From the NCBI GenBank assembly GCA_011109175.1, contig RDEW01000006.1:129612-193611 (forward strand): a stretch of DNA of 64,000 nucleotides, in the 5' to 3' direction. The notes beneath the pieces were generated by a model. That model saw only the letters and a program-made list of their open reading frames with translations. It was not told where the DNA came from and made no database searches. This DNA comes from Dicyema japonicum (taxonomy: Eukaryota > Animalia > Dicyemida). Below are positions 50,720 through 62,399 of this stretch, piece after piece; positions within the stretch are counted from its first letter, which is position 1, and every line of letters starts with the position of its first letter. The position numbers and the translations under genes were made by a program.

Positions 50720-51975
50720 ACAGGCCAGTAATTCTTATGAACAGCATACGGAAAGTGTTTGCAATTATAACTCACAAAGGATAAAGCCTCGTACGGAATA
50801 ATTTTTATCCGAGTTTCACAGCGGCTTTCGAGAAGGAAGGTCGACTTCTGACATTATGTGGAGCCATAGATGGCGTTGTTCCACTATTCAAAGGGTCAAA
50901 AACGCGACAAACATTTTTGAAATGTCAAGTGCTTTTGACTCAATCAATATCCTCACAGAATTCCTTGACGAATCTTCTACCCGGATGGTCGGGGTACTTT
51001 AGTCAGAAACTTACCTTATCGGTTAGGGTACTGGACAAGTGCTCTACGCCATTTGAAACAACATCTGGGACACCTCAAGGGGATCCGTTATCTCCCATAC
51101 TATTTGTCATATACCTGGAAGCTGCATTGGGAGCTAAAACCATACTATGAAGCAAAAATCGATGTGGTGGCTTATGCGGATAACGTGGATTTCATTTCCC
51201 TCGACATGAATGCTCTGAAAAGCCTATTGGAGGTGATGGCAAATAAACTTGCCAAGTGGTTCCTCAATGTAACTGTGGAGAAAACAAAATTGTCTGAACT
51301 AGTCAGACAAAAATCCAAGCTGGATGAACATTGGCGAAAAGTAAAGAAACTCGGATCGTTATTGGGAGATGAACAAGACGTAATTATGCGAAAAACACAT
51401 GCAAATAGGTGCACTACGCAGTCTAAAGGAAAACTGGCTAAGGCGTAAAGGATTGAGTACAAAAACATGGATACGTTTATACAATTCACTGGTGAAGCCT
51501 ATTATCCTCTACAATGCCGGAACATGGGGACTTTCTGATACGGACAATCACATCTAGACTCGTTCCATAGAGATCAGCTTCGACGTACACTAGCCTCGAC
51601 ATGGCATTCAAGGCTCAGAAGCAAAATAGTTTATACGAGGATATCAAGCAAACTTATCTCACTAGAAATAACGGCATGCAGGTGGAGACTATTCGGACAC
51701 ATTCTAAGAATGGATTTGGAGGCACCAGCAAATACTGCCATGGAGGACTATTTCGAAGCTGACGGACCTCGTTTCAGGAGGCGCCCGAGAAATACTCTCA
51801 CGGTTACGCTGGATAGAGACCTTCGGAAAGTGGGGAAACAATTAAAATACGGGGACTCACTTGACGCCTTACGGACGTTGCCCAGGACAGAGGGAAATTA
51901 ATAACTTTTATTGTTTCCTGTGCTGCACAAGCTTTGTCATGACATATGACATCGCGAAAGTGCTTAGTAAGATAT
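50720..51975 (+). mobile_element. RTE-clade LINE, RT through 3' UTR
   Basis: GFREGRST, GTPQGDPLSPILFVIYLEAAL, AYADNVD, RLYNSLVKPIILYNAGTW, WRLFGHILRM; 3' stem-loop tgtcat-gacat-atgaca at 51935-51951. Confidence 0.9.
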
Positions 51976-52079
51976 GACTTTTGGTTGCCCTAGTTATGAC
52001 TGTTTGCTTGGGAGTAATGGCATATGTGAGTCACAATTAAACTAACATTTTAAAAATATGCCGCGGAAAAAAAGGATGA

Positions 52080-52320
52080 GGCAAAGGAGAACAAATACAA
52101 AGTGCTACGAGATCGATTCAGGTTCTACCCCATTGTTGTTGAACAACTGGAGAAATAAGTGTAAAATCGCTTCGTTTCATAAAGAAACTTGGAAGCCTAG
52201 CTACAGTAAAAAGCCACAACGCACTTGAGGCCCAGTGGCTTCTCCAGCTGATCTCTGTTGCATCGTAAGAGGAAACGCAACGTTGATAATGTCAGGGGGA
52301 CCACGTTGGATGGATTATTT
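52080..52320 (+). mobile_element. CRE 3'-end remnant (a second piece lies at 52830-53080)
   Basis: WLLQLISVA..RGNA at 52230-52290; RRLDGVTIFP at about 53010-53050. Confidence 0.55.
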
Positions 52321-52490
52321 TATTATTATTTTTATTTATTTAAGCACTTCACGAGAGCCATACTAATTATAGCCCCGCATGTGCAGCAAAAGAAACAAGG
52401 TTAGATGTCATCCTTTTCCATGCTCCACTGTTCCTAGCCAAGGCTCTCATGCTGTCCAGGTCGTCGCATTTGGATGGATTCTTGTGTTAA
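52320..52490 (-). mobile_element. RTE LINE extreme 3' end with the tail shared by the SINE family
   Basis: DDLDSMRALARNSGAWKRM..AAHAGL-stop, then gcggggctataattagtatggctctcgtgaagtgcttaaataaata. Confidence 0.8.
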
Positions 52491-53312
52491 TTAATTTAAT
52501 TTATTAATTGTTAATTGATTGGTCAATAATTATTAATTTTTGATTAAAAATAAAACTGATTAAATAAAAATATTTTGACGATAGTTGTAATTGAGGAATT
52601 ATTATTTTTAAATTATTAAAAATCGACACAACAAGATTTTCTATTTTCAAAGAATTTGAATTATACCTAAATAATCATTGTATACCATCCGAAAATAGAC
52701 TATCCTGTGCAACTGATGGTACAGTTGTCATGGTCGGAAAATATCGTGGATTTATGGCATTTGTGTTTTCTTCATTGTGGCATGCAGGCATTGATCATGA
52801 AATGGGAGTTATCTCACGAAATTGCGATACCAATTTTCTGGAAAAGCCAACGCTTCATTCTAGGTTTACCCTTCCACTTCCCCGCAAACCGTCAGATTAA
52901 CGTGACAAAGACCAGTTTCCGAGGCATGTCGCCATCAAAGGGGTTGTGAAGCGCTCTCCTGAGGCGGCTGAATTCCCGTCATCTCTGGAACAGGTGGGAC
53001 TGGATCGTGAATATAGAAGACGCCTGGACGGGGTGACTATCTTCCCCAAAGATCACCAGAAGGAAAGTGTCAGAGCTAATTAATTAAGTGATACCGCTTC
53101 TAGTAATTCCCGAATCTCTCCTTGAGTGGTCCGCCGGCGATCCCGTCGTCTTCCGAAAGTGTCTCCTCAAATTTGTACAAAGGAACTTGATCGCGTTACA
53201 ATAATATTAGCGTCTTTATTTAGGGTTGTATGGAATTGAGTATCACAAAATAAATATTAAAATAATATTAAAAATTATTGTTTGTATTTAAATAAAATAA
53301 ATTATTTGTTGT

Positions 53313-55225
53313 ATGGATGTTTTATACAACTTAACTCAACAAATTAATGACGAAACGTAAACGAATGAATTCACTTTAGTAAGAATTATGTAACAGTCGT
53401 GGCACTATTTGAAGTATCGAAAAGTCTAAAGTCCCTGGTTAATGTGAAGGCTCATTTGGAAGACTCAGTGATAAATTAATAATACTAGAAATACCATGAT
53501 TTGTATCATGACGTAATTAACGGAATTATCTACTTAAACTTTTTTAACAGAAAGACAGACTCGGAAATTGATTTGGCCTTTGCCCTTTCAGTCTCTCATG
53601 TGATCGTGGTTGTGGTTCTTTTAATCGCAGTTTTCAATTCCATCACTAAAATTTCCGTTTTCACTCATAAAAACAATAAGGAGGGCAATTTCGATAAAGT
53701 AATTTGATTTTTAATTTAGGAAAAAATTACAAAATAAATTAAACTTTAAAAATATTTTTTTATTCCACTTTGAAAGTCAGGACCTAAGAGACTACAACTC
53801 ACACTGCGACTCCCTCCATGACAGAATAGGAAGAATGTTCTACCGCTGTAATCTAAGCTCCATGAATGGGCCTGATTATTTGCCCACAAATATAGAATAC
53901 GTGTTTTTATCCTCAAAAGTGAATGAATTTGGCTTTATGGGATTACTCTTTGACTCACATTACGACAGAAAATCAAATTTCAAAAAATTTACTGAGTCCT
54001 GTATAACCTATTTACGAAGTACCTCCAACTCTGTTGTGGTATGAGCACTCTATTATCTCAGTCCCTAGGAGATTGGAGACAGGTCGCTTGCAATAACCTG
54101 TCCTCAATAGCAGAACTCTCTTCCGACATTAACTTGACCTATAAAAGTCACATAGAGATTACTTCCTTCAGGTAACTCTGTCCTCTTCCACGGTAGATTA
54201 TGCAAAAGAGCTCTAGATAGAGCGAAGGGATGCTACTTGGAGGGGATTGGATCTCGTTTTACTCAAAATGTGCATGAAACACTGGTTTTGGTCGATTTAT
54301 ATTATCATAGGTGTCGGTTGCTATCACCAAATATAAATTAATGGCTGTTGGTGTTTTTTTAGTGAGTTTTTGGCTCAGTTGGAGGACTTTTGTAGTGATC
54401 ATTGGAATAAACACACCTCAGAAGAGAAGGTATAAATGATGCTTATTTTTGACGTCCGAATCTGATTCCAATAAGAAGGTTTTGGTATCCTGGTGTGACT
54501 GTGGACTATCTTGTGGTGATAGAGAAGATATATCAACAGTTGAGGAAGCCAACTGGACATTCTATCAGAAAAAGAGGGATTGTTGTCTTAGTTGTAAGCG
54601 GTTTGATATGCCTCTCGTTGGATTCGCTTACAGGAAATATGAACTTCCTCCCTTTGACTGTGGGACTGAATTTGGTTTGGGATGGGAGCTATTTGATATG
54701 GTCCATGTGGGGATTCCCCAATGGAGAGTCAAATTCCCTTCATGGTCCCTTTTATCTCTGGGAGTGTATAAACCAAATATTAAGTATACAAAGACACCAG
54801 ACTGTACTTTGTGTGGCAATGTTTAGTTATGTTTGCTGTGGAATATGAATGTGTTAATGGTCATAAAAAATTATTTCCCCCTAATCTGGAGAGGGAGACA
54901 CCCTTCACTACTCTCTGCTGGTTTGGGGTTATTTATTTGAGTGATGATTCTGCAAATTTGATGAGAATTTATGTAAACGTTCCCTCTAAATCTGTCGTCC
55001 TTATTGATCCTCTGATAAAGCACGTGACTGATGATGGGAAGACTTACATATTTTCTACGGAATATGGTTGTCCTATACGACTTGGGAGTGATAATAATTG
55101 GGTCCTCAGACTACCGTATTTTCTTAGTAAATTGTAGATTTGTGTATTGGGCTGATGGAAAGTTCATTTCCATGCAAAGTAAGAGTGTGTTACTGCCTAA
55201 ATTTATAAAAACTGTTTGTGAATGA
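53313..55225 (+). CDS. SMG8: Nonsense-mediated decay factor SMG8 (compact)
   Basis: Motifs SVSHVIVVV, CDCGLS..REDISTVEEANWTFYQ..CC, KFPSWSLLSLG, VEYECVNGH, ANLMRIYVNVP and WVLRLPFVY match my recollection of the metazoan SMG8 C-terminal half. Introns of 21-23 nt, e.g. 53357-53379. Confidence 0.8.
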
Positions 55226-55244
55226 TTTTTTGTTACTTACTCTG

Positions 55245-56740
55245 ATATCATAATACTATCATATGCACGTGGGTTTCGTGGAAACTATATATATTCATGT
55301 AGATGATGATCTAATTACTCTCGACTCAACCAAAAATCTCATTCATTCGTACTTGAGGCAGTTTGATGAAGTTTCTCTATTCCGCACGTGTCCAAAATAC
55401 GCTGAGATTTCAAAAAGAACTAACCCTTCTTACCTTCAAAGGGGGTTAATACAGAGACGCACTCTATGTTGGACATTCAAAAATATGGCGAATCAGTATG
55501 CTGCCTGTGAAAAAACAAAAATGGTGGATAGTACCAATTAAATAAAAACTGTCTTCTAGTGCTGCTTCCAGACACCGTGGTCATTGCTATATAAAAGGAT
55601 ATTGTTCAACGTTTGTGCAGATACTTGTATGACTGATCTATGTACTACATTTAAAATAGAATTCAGAGGATTACTACAGTAGTCTATGCTCTCACCAGGC
55701 ATGTAAAACACGCTGCATGCATAACGAAGGATTGCTATACAGTAGACATTGAGGTGGACTGCGTCATTAAATTGAGTCCACTAGAGAAAAGTAGTGGATT
55801 TCTGTCAATGGCGGCAAATTGACAGGCCACAGTTATGAGCGTTTTACGTGGTTAGAAGACCTTCATACTCTTAATAACTGCATTAACAAAGGAGTCTTAA
55901 ATTTTAGACTTGCCCGTTCCCATAACAACGATACTGTCCTGTAGATATAGCTTTTGCTATGGAAATTTCTGCTTGAAATTACAAGGAAAAAAACTCATCA
56001 CTCACTTGTATGACGACATCAAGTTCATTACAAATCTTTTGGAAGTTACAATTGTCACACTAAATATGAGAGTCACTTGGAGTTATTGTCAAAAGAGTTC
56101 CAGGAAAGATTTGAATTTCAATTTTCATTATTCTCGGCACCTTGCACCTATGATGATGTCAAAGTAAATGAAACTTGTAGATGCAACTACTAGAAATGCA
56201 GATTAATTCTACACTTAAATCAAAACACCTTGAAGTGGGGATACCTTGCTTCTATTCATACCTTCCTGAAAAGCTTGTTATATTTGGTGTTTTATTATCA
56301 TAATATAGCCCCGTAGTCTTGAAAATTGCTACAATTCAATAAGATTACGGTGTTTTTCAGATTTGTTAATGTGACCCGCGTTTATACTCAAATAATCATG
56401 AGCTTTATTAGTTTGACATGCCTGCTCTACATAATGGGAGTTTTATGAGGAATCTTAAAAAAATTCACAAATTCTTTAAGGAATTGAGGAGAACAGTCAT
56501 GAAACTTGATTTTCCTATCGGCTGTTCGTAAAAAGAAACTGGAATGTGAACGTTGGAGTCCAAAAAGGAGATACGACTTTTATCGGTCGGAAAGGGAATC
56601 AGAAACTTCCCTTGATCAATACTGGCCAACTTCTGTCAGGTATTTAGTCTTTTTCTATGCTCCACTGGTCCTTCGAACCTTGATGTTACTTTTTTGAGAT
56701 AGAGGTTCGAATAAGATTAATTGGTATCATTTTGACTAAC
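55245..56740 (-). CDS. Putative intron-containing gene of unknown function, convergent with SMG8
   Basis: Stop-free stretches such as QKLASIDQGKFLIPFPTDKSRISFLDSNVHIPVSFYEQPIG and gtaag/gtgag donor-like sites on the minus strand. Plus-strand open stretches also exist, so the strand is uncertain. Confidence 0.3.
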
Positions 56741-56749
56741 CACCTCCGT

Positions 56750-57430
56750 TTTAAAGTATAAACTGTTGGTTTTGAAAAAATTAGTCACCAATACAGCTCT
56801 ATTATCAAAAGAAGGTAGACTTTTGGATGGAATTAACGGATATAAAATCTTAGGTATAGTGGAGGGCCCTAATGATCAGATTCAAAACTCAGAAATGTTG
56901 AAAATAATCTCTACACAAGTCAACAGAAGAATTGAGAGTTTAGTGACCACAAAGGCAATAAATGAATATGCACTTTATTACTTTGTCGGACAAATAACCA
57001 TTGATTCAGTAATTCACTTCAAACTATCCAAATATTGAATAAATCTTAAAACAGCAAATAAACCAAGATTATATTTTCCTTAAGCATAAATACTCAGTGT
57101 TTCATATTTTTGAATTGTATATTGAGACGACAAGTACCACTTGAACTATTCCAATACAAAAGTTAGGGATAAGTGAATGTTGTAGTCTTCTCATTGGCTC
57201 TTAAAAGGAAATAATTCTCTTCAGAACATTAATATTGTCTAATTCAGGACAGAAATTTGTTCTCTGCAGAACGTCTGTGGATTCTGAAAAAATTGGAAGA
57301 GGACTGTACCAATAGATGTGAAGAAATTTTCAAAATATAAAGCCAAGCTGTAAGAAAAAGGATATATGCTTGTATTAAATACAAGACCATTGAAAGTATG
57401 AGGCAGGACACACGTAAGAGTAAAAAATTT
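56750..57430 (+). mobile_element. R4/Dong-like element remnant
   Basis: GYKILGIVE..KAINEYA (post-RT) and SSHWLLKGN..IQDRNLF. Confidence 0.7.
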
Positions 57431-57448
57431 GAGGGAACCATGTTCTTA

Positions 57449-57612
57449 ATTTTTGTTTTCTTTTAGTTAGTGTGAGCACTTTGCAGACGATCCGGTTCCG
57501 ATTTGAAGCATTCATTGATGATGTCGTAACTTGTCATATCCAAAACATCGTAGATACGTGGAACTTTAAGTCGAACGTACAGCAGTAGATTCTAACCCAG
57601 AGCCATCAGGAC
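57449..57612 (-). mobile_element. SINE copy (e), older and diverged
   Basis: Minus strand gggttagaatct..ttccacgtatctacgatg..catcatcaatg..ggaaccggatcgtctg aligns to copies (b) and (c). Confidence 0.7.
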
Positions 57613-57719
57613 GCTCCTCTTGAGTTTGCGATTTTTCGGAGGTCGTCTAAGTCATCAAGATTTCCCAGTCGCATTTTTAGGTCGTTATTTAAGGTTTTCG
57701 GTTTACTAACACAATTACT

Positions 57720-57990
57720 GTTCATATATCAACAAAGCTTTTGACCAACATCGTCACGTTCTGAGAAGGAAATACTTGCTACAGATATCCCCTTTGAAAA
57801 TATGACTACTAACATTCCTCTGGTAACCTTGGGCGTTCCTTTATTATGTCAACCCACTCTCATTATCCATGCTTTCCTAGTGGCTTTCCTCAAGGTTCGG
57901 TCCTACCTCCAGCCTTGTTTAATCCTCATCTATCAAGCTTACCAGCAAACCAGGACACACATCTTATATCGATGATATCATAATTGCCTC
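57720..57990 (+). mobile_element. LINE RT fragment
   Basis: INKAFD, GFPQGSVLPPALFN, YIDDIIIAS. Confidence 0.6.
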
Positions 57991-58279
57991 TCAAAATAGT
58001 CACGTGTATAATTTTGACACATACATCGATGTTATGTATAAAAATATCATTAAAACTATTTTATAAAAATGAAATTTCGGTCTCTTCTAACTTGAGTACC
58101 TACCATCGTAGTCCATAACCTCGAATGTATTAGTTACAATCATCCGATATTCTACACCATCATAAAGCAATAATCCAGCCTTCAACTGAAGAGGAACACC
58201 AAAAATATGTAATAACAAAAATCATATTAATAATAATCACCTTCCATAAACAGTCTAATGGACTCCTTTGAACCACAAT

Positions 58280-61200
58280 TCAAATCCCCAACCCCAACAA
58301 ACCCCTACCAATGCAAGTAATAAATACCTCACAATACCAACTCTCCTACTACACTTATTCATTTGATCGCTGACAGCACGTGACTGTCCAACAATCTACC
58401 ACTCACCAAACAACCAACTTTTTCAGAAATTCCAGCCAATCGGGCAACATTGAACCCATAACTCTGCGAACATCCACTAACAAACTTATACAGAAACGTG
58501 ACCATCTCCTTATCGTCAATATGACACGCCTAAATATCACACCAACCACAACCATATAACCTCGGGGAAACAATGGAAAGTCTCTGAGCAGACAATGGTA
58601 GTGTGTGGCGAATAAGCAACGACATCCAATCCGTCCCAAATGGGAGACTACTGCATTGGCAATCCCTGTCCCGTCATAAGTGGCAGTCCCCCGCCCCTCA
58701 CTAAACAACAAAGCTAACCCAGCTCATCCAGCAACACCAAGGAATCGACAGAGGCATAGTTCAGAACAGCAGACGTCTCCACAAGCTCCACGAAGAATGT
58801 GCTTTGCCCTAGAATTAACATTTAGAAAACCCTCTGTGATTTTATCCGAGGCGCCCAATCTGGTAAATATTCTGTCCACACAACTCATCCTACACTCCTC
58901 AGCGGGCACATAGGACCCCTACAATAATGACAATACCAACCACGTGGCTCATTAGGACGAGAAGTCCAGTCATCCTCATCAACGTAGATTTCCCACCCAT
59001 ATTAGCCCCAGTAATGAAGACGAGGTTAGCCGGATCTTCCCCAATATGCACATCATTGGGGATATAGTCAATAGTAGCGTTAAGAATTGGATGAATTCCA
59101 CCACGAATATGCATATATGGAAGGTTAGACTACAATAACCAAAATTAGTCTACATTCTCCACCACAGGGCGACACATATTGGGGGACAACAGGCTATAAT
59201 GGGCGAGGGAGCAGAAAACATCTAACAAGGCCACTGATTCGGTCAATTTTATCCATTTATCATAGCTGAAGTAATAACGAATATTACTGGCTATCAAATA
59301 ATTCCAAGACGGTTCTAAGCATATCCATAGCAACCACAGCCTTCTCGTCCTCTGACTTAGCCAGGTTATATATGAGTTCGTTCAGTTTCTCATTCTTGTA
59401 CCTTTTATAACCCTTCACTTGTCCCATCAACTCCCAGTCCTCGTCGACATCGACCCTACAGTTAGATTAGCTCTTACCAGTCGGGGACCTGCAGCTGATA
59501 CCTGTTTTTCCCTGTCCCCACATAGGTGACGTCACTGACACCCAAGAACCGTCTTTGGGAATTCAGATAGTCGTCCAGTACTACGATACTGTCGTTTTCC
59601 GCCCTACATACAGCGTCGTAGGCCAAGTCAACCCCACTGAAAGGCAATATAGTCCCGAGATCCCCGACTTGTCCAAATCATAGGAATTCTACCATAACGG
59701 ATCCAGCAACCTTAAAATCATTAATGATATCGGTAATATCATCAACGAGAGAACTATTATCGTTTACTAAGAAGTTCAGTTGTCGGGACCTCATATTGGG
59801 GAGGGATCGCTGGAAAAGAAGACACAGGTCCCTAGCATTCTCCATTCCAGTGAGGACAATAGAAAAGTCAGCTATGCATTTTCTGGACCGCTTGTCCCCG
59901 TCAAAGAAAATGGCCCTGCTGTCGGGATGAGTGAGAGCCCGTTTCTTACTCCCATATTGGTGGATTCTAAGTCACTCCAAATACTACCTAGAGAGCAGTC
60001 TCTCCAAGTCTGGAAGAGATGATAAGACTGGGATAGTCTGCTGGAGAAATGAAATATTGTTCCTGATGTCGTCAACAGCGTCCAATCTGTCGTTGATCAC
60101 TGTAGGACAGCACGAGGGATTACATAACCACGTGTGAAGCAGTCTCTTGCCTGAAATGACTCAAAGAGACCACCAAAGGGAGTCTTACAGTGATTAAGGA
60201 CACAAAACAGCGTATTATCCCTACGTGGGCAGATATTCAAATTATCATTAGTCACAGCGTCCACAATCTAGTAATAACAGATGATACCATTCGTTTGCTG
60301 TGAGGGAAAGTCTGGTATATTACGTCTCCCCCGTTTTCTATGTCATACCAGCAGTAATTTCCCAACGACAGCAACTCATCGTCAATCATACTCCTCTGTA
60401 GACACCAAATGAGGGCACCTAACGCCTTCAGTACAAGTTGGCTGTCCCCAGTTAGTTCACTCAAATAATTCCTCTCTCTGAGGTACAACAGGGTCCTGTC
60501 TGCATTCCAAAACTCCGACTTGAGCGGTTCCTTTAAAGGAACTGTGTCCAAAAAGGCCTTGGTAGACCGTGAAAGCAGAGATCGACTCGGTCGCTGGTAG
60601 ATGACCTGGGCCACGGGAAAGTTGGCGTTAATCCGTCTCAAATTTGACAAAAGTCGATCGTCTTCGAAAAGGCTCATCTATATCAGTGAGAACAATTACA
60701 TATAATCTGCCTACGGTCGTATCAATAAAGACAACACCAATATTGAAGTCCTCCTCGCAGAATGCTAGTAAAAACTCTGAGCATTGACCAGAGTATTCTC
60801 TTCTGGTGCCCCTGCTCTCAATCTGGCATAGCTCTCTGCGTACAACTTTGTCTGGAATGACAAGAAGCGGAAACCACAGCGTTTATTCATCATCTCAGGG
60901 GTTTCTGTCTGTTCAATTCTTCCAACCTTGTAGGACTTATCCACCAGGATGGAAGAATAGCGGGTAAAAGAAGACTCAGGGAAACCAGCATGGGCGTAGT
61001 CCCCCTAAATATGATTTTTATACTACCCTCATATAGCTGATCCCAAGTTCCCTCACACAAATGTCGGCATCCATATGAAATGTCTCGTAGAACTTGCCCA
61101 TCTTGAATAGAAGAATGACGTCGTAATGTGAAGACTTAATGGTCCACCACTGCCTCATGGCTGGTGTCTGCTTACTGAGGAATTGCTTGGGAACATACAG

Positions 61201-61663
61201 TGTCTTCTCGTCAAATTCGTCATCGCTTGGGGATCGTCCCTCAGCATCCTTTATGTTCCCAGGTTGGAGAAATGAGTAGTTTAAATGAGCGAACGTCTCA
61301 TCCTGGTTAGAATTTTCACATTTACGTGCTATTTTCGGCATGTTTTTAAGTTTGGAGGATCCAGATGACTCTCGTTCCTCATTGGGGTAACTTTTAGTCC
61401 GTTTTTCAGATTTTATTGAAGAATTGTTGGAATTAATTTTTGTTTTGTCGAGTTTACTGATTTTCGAGCGTCAGAATCATGTAAATTGATTTGGTAGAGT
61501 TATTTTGATCATCAAAATCATTAGTTTGGGGTTCGTAAAATTTGTTTATTTGGGAATCGTCTTCTTTATGTAAGATTGATTTTGCAGGGTTGCTTTTGTT
61601 GTTTGATTCATTTGAAAATCTATGACTTTTCTTAAAAAAATTGAGCAATGTCTTTTGAGACAT
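58280..61663 (-). CDS. MSH6: DNA mismatch repair protein MSH6
   Basis: PIP-like [10 protein letters not shown]; [27 protein letters not shown] (mismatch-binding motif); [14 protein letters not shown] (Walker A); [11 protein letters not shown]; [13 protein letters not shown]; LFATHYH; [11 protein letters not shown]. Many introns of 22-25 nt; the 3' end is approximate. Confidence 0.95.
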
Positions 61664-61683
61664 GAGCAACGAGCTACTAAATA

Positions 61684-61693
61684 TTTTGGCGCC
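61684..61693. promoter_or_regulatory. E2F-like site about 20 bp upstream of the MSH6 ATG
   Basis: ttttggcgcc matches TTTSSCGC and stands out in an otherwise AT-rich promoter; plausible for a replication/repair gene. Confidence 0.35.
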
Positions 61694-62399
61694 TAAATCA
61701 AATTATTTAAAAAAAATAATTTTTTGCAATAAATAACTTTATTATCGAAAAATATTAATCTAATTAATATGCCTTTTCCTGACCAAATCTTCTGGTGAAG
61801 ATAAAATTATGAAAACTATTCCGCTGAAAAATGAAGTGATGTCCGCGACGACAAAACGTATGATGCAAATGGAAGAGGGAGGGGGACCTACTTCTCCACT
61901 TTTCTTTGAAGTACTATTGGATGAATGTACTGTTGGAAGATGGATTTGGTTGGCACAAGCAGATGTTACGTTTCTGGGAGCGTCCTGTCTATCGGCTCTT
62001 TTTTTTATGGTTGTCAGTTGCCTACATGTTAGCGAAACAGGGGTTAATAATTTAATTTAAATAAGGGTAGCCACTAAACAGCATCAAAATAATCCCCTCT
62101 TTGGGGGATTATTATATTATTTTGCAAAACGCAACTAAAAAAATCTATCTTCTCGTCGCTTATGCAACACCGTGAACAATCTTCCATGTTAGATTCCTAC
62201 ACACTCTCCTTGAGAAGGTGATTTTTTGAGGACATCCAGGTCATTTGCATTTCCGCCTCCTTTTTTGGGGGATTGAATGTCTTTATGTCAGTCTTAGTGT
62301 TATGCAAGCTCACAAAGGCCGAAGAAAGTAGATTTTCTACGTCAGTCCATTTAATAGTCTCATTTTGTATTCTGACCAATTCCTTGTATTCATGCTCTC

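Noticed and set aside
58696-58720. Apparent non-canonical (GG-AG or GT-GG) intron in MSH6 at DEL/GRGT
   Set aside because: One extra G in a G run restores a canonical 22-nt GT-AG intron; probably a homopolymer error.
892-61663. Ciliate-type reassigned stop codons, suggested by the tiny introns
   Set aside because: TAG (RPL19, DnaJ), TAA (CPVL, M14 peptidase) and TGA (14-3-3, SMG8) all act as terminators, and I saw no in-frame stops within conserved exons.
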